DNA of 64,000 nucleotides from Escherichia coli (GTDB lineage Bacteria; Pseudomonadota; Gammaproteobacteria; Enterobacterales; Enterobacteriaceae): NCBI RefSeq assembly GCF_036507355.1, contig NZ_AP027877.1; one strand, 5' to 3'. Shown piece by piece: positions 57,862 to 64,000 of this stretch (position 1 is its first letter; each line of letters starts with the position of its first letter). The notes under the pieces were generated by a model. It saw only the letters and a program-made list of their open reading frames with translations, ran no database searches and was not told where the DNA came from. The position numbers and the translations under genes were made by a program.

Positions 57862-58913
57862 AATCCCAACACCAGTTGTCTTTCCATTTGCGGGTCAAGC
57901 AACGTCACGTGCAGCCCCACCAGACGCACACCTCGCCCGCCGCGGCGTTCATCCCAGGTTTTACGCGCGGTGGCGATTAAGTCAGCTTTATTCAGCCGCG
58001 GCCAGACGTGCTCCTGAGTGGTTTGCTGAAAATCGTCGAACTTTAATTTCACTCCCTGGCGAGCAATCAGTAAATCAGGTTTTACCTTTGCCAGACGGCG
58101 TTCAAGTTCCGGATACAGCCGCTCGATAATCGCTTCACATTCAGACCAGTGATGAATATCTTCCGCCATCGTGCGTTCCACGCCGACGGATTTTCGTAAC
58201 CGTTCGCTGTTAACGTCGCGCTCGTCAATCCCCTGACTACGCTCCCACAAAATGCGGCCAAATTTGCCAAAGCGTTTAAGCAGAATCACCAGATCACACT
58301 TTTGTACATCACCGCAGGTCCGCAGCCCCATCGCTTCCAGCTTTGCCGCTGAGACTTTGCCAACACCGGGAATTTTTGCCAGCGGTAAGGTTTGCAGAAA
58401 TGCCGGAACTTCTGCCGGCGTAATCACAAACTGGCCGTTGGGTTTATTCATGTCGGAGGCGATTTTGGCGAGAAACTTTACTGGTGCCACGCCCGCAGAC
58501 GCCGTCAGTTGCAGCTCGCTGAAAATCGTCTGGCGGATTTCCTGGGCGATGAGGGTCGCAGAACCGTGGCAATGGACGCTATCGGTGACATCGAGATAAG
58601 CCTCATCCAGTGACAACGGTTCAATGCGCGAGGTGTAGCGCGAGAAGATTTCACGGATATGATTTGAGGCTTCTTTGTAGGCGTCAAAGCGCCCCGGAAG
58701 CAAGGTGAGATGTGGGCATAATTTGAGCGCCATCCCTGTCGGCATAGCGCTGCGTACGCCAAATTTACGCGCGGGATAATTGGCGGTGCTGATCACCCCC
58801 CGACGTTCGCGGCTGCCGCCAATAGCAATAGGGATATCGCGCAGGGCGGGATTGTCGCGCATCTCCACTGCGGCGAAAAAGCAGTCCATATCCACATGAA
58901 TGATTTTACGCAT
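57858..58913 (-). CDS. dinB: DNA polymerase IV (Y-family)
   Basis: 351 aa [33 protein letters not shown]... Confidence 0.95.
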
Positions 58914-58929
58914 TACTCACCTCTCAACA

Positions 58930-58945
58930 CTGGTAAAGTATACAG
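58930..58945 (-). promoter_or_regulatory. LexA (SOS) box of dinB
   Basis: Minus-strand CTGTATACTTTACCAG (CTG-N10-CAG), 17 bp upstream of the dinB start. Confidence 0.65.
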
Positions 58946-58983
58946 TGATTTCAGGGTTTGAGAAATGCGTAAAGATTCAGCAT

Positions 58984-59735
58984 TTAGCGCGTTCGCTGCG
59001 AAAGCACCTGCTGCTTATCCAGCTTTTGCACCAGCGGCTGCACCACTTTATCCCCATGCTGACCAAAGTATTGATACAGCGTATCGGACGCACTTTTGGT
59101 CAGCACCATAATCTCAATACGCCGATTGCCCGCGCTTTGCGGATTTTTGGCATCCAGCAGCATCTGGTCCGCCATTGCGCTTACCTGCATCACTTTATCT
59201 TCCGGCATTCCGGCCTCTTCCAGCACCCGACGAGCTGAAAGCGCGCGATCGCCCGAAAGGTTCCAGTTGTTGTAGATATTGTTTTTGTAGGCCATCGCAT
59301 CGGTATGCCCGGTAATAATAATTTTGTTATCGAGCGAGTCGAACACTGGCGCGAGCTCCACCAGCAAAGTTTTAAAGAACGGCATAATCTGCGCGCTGCC
59401 GCGTTCGAACATATTGCGATTCTGGTCGTCTTTAATCAGCACGCGTAATCCCTGCGGGACAATCTCCATCTCCAGATTCGCTTCCATATGCGCATCACGG
59501 GCAATGGTGTTGATACTGGTTGCCAACTCGCCAAGCTCGGTGGCGGATTTCTTCTTCAGCAGCGCCGTTTTCTCATTCACATCACGCGCTTTTTTCTCCG
59601 TCTCTTCCGGCACCGCCACGGTGGCAGGTTTTGGCGGATGAGACGGGCTGATTTTATTTAACGGCGACAGCCCACCACCGTTAAAAATCGACTGCCCGTG
59701 CAGCGCGGCGATAATGCTTTCACGCTCGGATTTAC
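58984..59735 (-). pseudogene. lafU: MotB-like lateral-flagellar stator protein, N-terminally truncated (Flag-2 remnant)
   Basis: OmpA/MotB C-terminal domain (IIITGHTDAMAYKNNIYNNWNLSGDRALSARRVLEEAG); upstream ORF overlaps the lfhA fragment; upper boundary approximate. Confidence 0.65.
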
Positions 59736-61453
59736 TGACGCTGTTGACAATCAACTTTATCGTCGTCACCAAAGGGGCCGAGCGTATTTCCGAGGTTTCT
59801 GCCCGCTTTACCCTGGACGCGATGCCCGGCAAGCAGATGGCGATTGACGCCGATCTTAACGCCGGGTTGATCAACCAGGCACAGGCGCAAACCCGGCGTA
59901 AAGATGTTGCCAGCGAGGCCGATTTCTACGGCGCGATGGACGGGGCATCGAAGTTTGTGCGCGGGGATGCCATCGCCGGGATGATGATTCTGGCGATCAA
60001 CCTAATCGGCGGCGTCTGTATCGGCATCTTTAAATACAACCTGAGCGCCGACGCCGCCTTCCAGCAATATGTGCTGATGACCATCGGCGATGGGCTGGTG
60101 GCGCAGATCCCTTCCCTACTGCTCTCCACCGCGGCGGCGATTATCGTCACCCGCGTCAGCGACAACGGCGATATCGCCCATGACGTGCGCCACCAACTGC
60201 TGGCAAGCCCGACGGTGCTCTACACCGCCACTGGGATCATGTTTGTGCTGGCGGTGGTGCCAGGAATGCCGCACCTGCCGTTTTTGCTGTTCAGCGCCCT
60301 GCTTGGCTTTACCGGCTGGCGGATGAGCAAACGCCCGCAGGCGGCGGAGGCGGAGGAGAAAAGCCTCGAAACGCTAACCCGCACCATCACCGAAACCAGC
60401 GAGCAACAGGTCAGTTGGGAAACCATTCCGCTGATCGAGCCCATCAGTTTAAGCCTCGGCTTCAAGCTGGTGGCGCTGGTCGATAAAGCGCAGGGTAACC
60501 CGCTCACCCAGAGGATTCGCGGCGTGCGGCAGGTGATTTCCGACGGCAACGGCGTGCTGCTGCCGGAGATCCGCATTCGGGAAAACTTCCGTCTCAAGCC
60601 GAGCCAGTACGCCATTTTCATCAACGGCATTAAGGCTGATGAAGCGGATATTCCGGCGGATAAACTGATGGCCCTGCCCTCCAGCGAAACCTACGGCGAG
60701 ATTGACGGCGTGCTGGGGAACGACCCGGCGTACGGGATGCCAGTGACCTGGATCCAGGCGGCGCAGAAAGCGAAGGCGCTGAATATGGGGTATCAGGTGA
60801 TCGACAGCGCCAGCGTGATTGCCACCCATGTGAACAAGATTGTCCGCAGCTATATTCCTGATTTGTTTAACTATGATGACATCACGCAGTTGCATAACCG
60901 TTTGTCGTCGATGGCACCGCGCCTGGCGGAGGATTTAAGCGCGGCGCTCAATTACAGCCAATTGCTGAAAGTGTACCGGGCGCTGCTGACCGAAGGCGTT
61001 TCCCTGCGCGATATCGTCACCATCGCCACCGTGCTGGTCGCAAGTAGCACGGTGACCAAAGATCATATTCTGCTGGCAGCTGATGTGCGCCTGGCACTGC
61101 GGCGCAGCATTACCCATCCGTTCGTTCGCAAGCAGGAGCTGACGGTGTATACGCTGAATAATGAGCTGGAAAATCTGCTGACCAACGTGGTGAATCAGGC
61201 GCAACAGGGCGGGAAAGTGATGCTCGACAGCGTGCCGGTCGACCCGAATATGCTCAACCAGTTCCAGAACACGATGCCGCAGGTAAAAGAGCAGATGAAA
61301 GCGGCGGGGAAAGACCCGGTGCTGCTGGTGCCGCCGCAGCTTCGCCCTTTGCTGGCGCGCTATGCGAGATTGTTTGCGCCGGGGCTGCATGTGCTGTCGT
61401 ATAACGAAGTGCCGGATGAGCTGGAGTTGAAGATAATGGGGGCGCTGATGTAG
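59736..61453 (+). pseudogene. lfhA: FlhA-like flagellar export protein lacking its N-terminal region (Flag-2 remnant)
   Basis: FHIPEP region (VTKGAERISEVSARFTLDAMPGKQMAIDADLNAG) and C-terminal cytoplasmic domain; about the first 110 residues of an FlhA are missing; lower boundary approximate. Confidence 0.7.
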
Positions 61454-61455
61454 GT

Positions 61456-61672
<217 letters not shown>

Positions 61673-61675
61673 CAA

Positions 61676-62173
61676 TTATGAAATGATACGCTCCCCGGCA
61701 CTAAAATCCGTTATGTCTCCCGCCCAACCAATGGGATATAACCCTCGCGCCACATCGCGATGGAACGTTGAGAATGGCCAATCACTCACTTGCTTTACCC
61801 AGCCATGTTTCACTGGATTTATATAAATATAATCAACATGATGTCGGTAATCTGTGGTATTGCGAATGGCATGCTCCCAAAAACGCGGTTGCCAGATATT
61901 TTTCAATCCGCAAGCATGGGTGAACTGCTTTTTAATCTCCCGCCAGCGAGAGGAAAAATCATCATCGCTTTCGGGTAATGTCCATATGCAATGCATATGC
62001 TCCGGCAAAACGACCCAGGCGTTAATTTCAAAAGGTCTGTCTCGCTTAACGTTAATAATGGCGTTACGGAGCGTCTGGAACTGGGTGGTCAGAAGATGGC
62101 TTCGACGATTCCGTAAATTTACCGTGAAAAACCATGTTCCCCCCTTGATGTAATACCGACGATATTCCGACAT
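61676..62173 (-). CDS. rayT: REP-associated tyrosine transposase (RAYT)
   Basis: 165 aa with HuH-type motif (VVLPEHMHCIW); flanked on both sides by REP elements. Confidence 0.85.
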   Translation of the reverse strand: MSEYRRYYIKGGTWFFTVNLRNRRSHLLTTQFQTLRNAIINVKRDRPFEINAWVVLPEHMHCIWTLPESDDDFSSRWREIKKQFTHACGLKNIWQPRFWEHAIRNTTDYRHHVDYIYINPVKHGWVKQVSDWPFSTFHRDVARGLYPIGWAGDITDFSAGERIIS

Positions 62174-62261
62174 AGCGACTCCTTTTTCTCAACGGTAAGA
62201 GGAAAAGGAAAGGTCGGCAATGAGGTGATGGAATAACGGGAAAGCGGCTCGCAAAAACGCA

Positions 62262-62345
62262 CAGATTTGTAGGCATGATAAGACGCGCCAGCGTCGCATC
62301 AGGCACCTGCGTACAACTGCCGGATGCGGCGTGAATGCCTTATCC
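62262..62345. repeat. REP element pair
   Basis: cagatttgtaggcatgataagacgcgccagcgtcgcatcaggcacctgcg...gccggatgcggcgtgaatgccttatccg. Confidence 0.7.
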
Positions 62346-62348
62346 GTC

Positions 62349-63098
62349 CTACAAAATCGTCTCTTCCGTCAAAATCCGTCGCGCGCCCAAAAAATGATCC
62401 TGCCAGAAAGGTTCAGCTAACCGACTTACCCGAATGGTTTCCCCGGTGCGCGGTGACTCAATAAACTGACCGTCGCCCAGATACACCCCCATATGGTCGG
62501 CAATCTCGCGGCTGTGGATATGGAAAAACAGCAAATCTCCCCGGCGCAGGTCGTTATTCGCCACAATCGTTGCCCGATGGTAGTGATACATCTCATTAGC
62601 CGTACGCGGGAGCTTCGCCTCGAGGATCTTGTTGTAGGCATAAAAAACCAACCCGCTACAGTCGAAGCCTTTATCGGGCCGCGTGCCACCCCAGACGTAA
62701 GGCTTGCCAAGCTGCTGCTCCAGGCGGTGAATCGCCACTTCGGTAATGTTATGCAGATGGTCGCTGCTTAAAAAGTGGTTGTTTTCCGCCAGCGCCTGCC
62801 AGCGTCTGTCACTCGCCTTGAGCGGCGCAGGAAACCATTCTGGATGCTGTTTTATCTGTTCGCGGTTGTGCTGGCGCAGCGCCCTTCTGCTTTCGGCATT
62901 GCCTTCCACAATATAGCTGGCCTGTTTTTTCAGATGGGTTTGGTACTGTTTTAATAAACGCGCACGGTTTTGCATCCGCTGGCGGGCGGCGTAGCTGAAA
63001 GAGATATGTGATGTGGTGGCGCTGGCAAATGAAGAAAACGGCAAACAAATCAACAGTAATCCCGACAATACAAAGGATGGAATCGACGGCAAGGACAT
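62349..63098 (-). CDS. yafL: NlpC/P60-family lipoprotein peptidase
   Basis: ORF 62349..63158; start MSLPSIPSFVLSGLLLICLPFSSFA gives 249 aa; catalytic Cys (DCSGLV) and His (HMGVYLG). Confidence 0.8.
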   Translation of the reverse strand: MSLPSIPSFVLSGLLLICLPFSSFASATTSHISFSYAARQRMQNRARLLKQYQTHLKKQASYIVEGNAESRRALRQHNREQIKQHPEWFPAPLKASDRRWQALAENNHFLSSDHLHNITEVAIHRLEQQLGKPYVWGGTRPDKGFDCSGLVFYAYNKILEAKLPRTANEMYHYHRATIVANNDLRRGDLLFFHIHSREIADHMGVYLGDGQFIESPRTGETIRVSRLAEPFWQDHFLGARRILTEETIL

Positions 63099-63275
63099 AC
63101 TCAATAATGGCTGGTCATGCTTTAATGTTGCAGTGTATCCCGGATCGTTTCTGAACAAACTTAATAAACCATTATTATAAAATTAACATATATATTTCAG
63201 TGGATTATGTAAATACATCAGTTTATTGAATTGCTCATGAATTGCCGCTGTTGCTCAATTGAGCTACAATTCAAG

Positions 63276-63291
63276 CTGAATATATATACAG
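63276..63291 (+). promoter_or_regulatory. LexA-box-like palindrome upstream of dinJ
   Basis: ctgaatatatatacag (CTG-N10-CAG), 16 bp upstream of the dinJ start. Confidence 0.5.
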
Positions 63292-63307
63292 CACAGGAGA
63301 TATCCCA

Positions 63308-63568
63308 ATGGCTGCAAATGCATTTGTTCGTGCCCGAATCGATGAGGATTTGAAGAATCAGGCGGCGGACGTACTGGCCGGGATGGGGCTGACCATCTCT
63401 GACCTGGTTCGCATAACCCTCACAAAGGTCGCGCGTGAAAAGGCATTGCCGTTTGATTTACGCGAGCCTAATCAATTAACCATTCAATCAATCAAAAACA
63501 GCGAAGCTGGCGTTGGTGTTCATAAGGCCAAAGACGCCGATGATTTATTTGATAAATTAGGAATTTAA
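63308..63568 (+). CDS. dinJ: DinJ antitoxin (RelB/DinJ family)
   Basis: 86 aa MAANAFVRARIDEDLKNQAADVLAGMGLTISDLVRITLTKVAREKALPF... Confidence 0.9.
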   Translation: MAANAFVRARIDEDLKNQAADVLAGMGLTISDLVRITLTKVAREKALPFDLREPNQLTIQSIKNSEAGVGVHKAKDADDLFDKLGI

Positions 63569-63570
63569 AT

Positions 63571-63849
63571 ATGATTCAAAGGGATATTGAATACTCGGGA
63601 CAATTTTCAAAGGATGTAAAACTTGCACAAAAGCGTCATAAGGATATGAATAAATTGAAATATCTTATGACGCTTCTTATCAATAATACTTTACCGCTTC
63701 CAGCTGTTTATAAAGACCACCCGCTGCAGGGTTCATGGAAAGGTTATCGCGATGCTCATGTCGAACCGGACTGGCTCCTGATTTACAAACTTACCGATAA
63801 ACTTTTACGATTTGAGAGAACTGGAACTCACGCGGCGCTCTTTGGGTAA
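63571..63849 (+). CDS. yafQ: YafQ toxin (RelE-fold mRNA interferase)
   Basis: 92 aa; start 2 bp after the dinJ stop. Confidence 0.9.
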   Translation: MIQRDIEYSGQFSKDVKLAQKRHKDMNKLKYLMTLLINNTLPLPAVYKDHPLQGSWKGYRDAHVEPDWLLIYKLTDKLLRFERTGTHAALFG

Positions 63850-64000
63850 AGCCCGCTTCCGATGAAATTTGTAAACCCTGCGCCGACAGGCTTGCGTAAA
63901 ACTCTTTTGGTGATAATGTGAGCCTTCCAAATCCAGACTATTCCGATTTGGGATCCATTTTGCCGTCCTGGCGTGTGTAACCGTTTTATCAAGGAATAAG

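Noticed and set aside
59714..59874. Overlap of the lafU and lfhA ORFs as evidence of two overlapping genes
   Set aside because: Both are truncated remnants; the overlap comes from ORF extension across the deletion junction.

Overview
This window reads as a 64-kb Escherichia coli/Shigella-type chromosomal segment with K-12-like gene content, in reverse orientation relative to the K-12 map as I recall it. All gene identifications come from reading the six-frame translations and the DNA directly; no database search was run, and comparisons to K-12 are from memory. Left part (1-23.2 kb): a sugar ABC transporter fragment, the uncharacterised yahJ-yahI-yahG-yahF-yahE-yahD cluster (Tat-signal amidohydrolase, carbamate kinase, DUF1116, FdrA-like CoA-binding protein, DUF2877, ankyrin protein), yahC, yahB, pdeL(yahA), a 4-kb AIDA-I/EhaA-like autotransporter interrupted by a frameshift, and betT/betIBA. 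Middle part (23.2-48.4 kb): an IS-riddled remnant of the thrW-integrated CP4-6-like island, carrying IS1 (one full copy, two fragments), IS5, and IS2 and IS911-like fragments, a truncated integrase, yagN-M-L-K-J, afuB'C, mmuMP, a lactate locus (lctP, dld-like, lutABC) and a CbtA/CbeA-type toxin-antitoxin block next to thrW. Right part (48.4-64 kb): thrW, proAB, phoE, crl, frsA, gpt, pepD, an rtcB'/prfH' remnant, yafP directly abutting dinB (no yafNO), the lafU'/lfhA' Flag-2 deletion scar, REP-flanked rayT, yafL and dinJ-yafQ. No CRISPR array and no rRNA were seen. The most interesting candidates for undescribed biology are the yahD-J carbamate-kinase cluster and the yagN-alpA-yagM-yagL-yagK cargo module of the decayed island.
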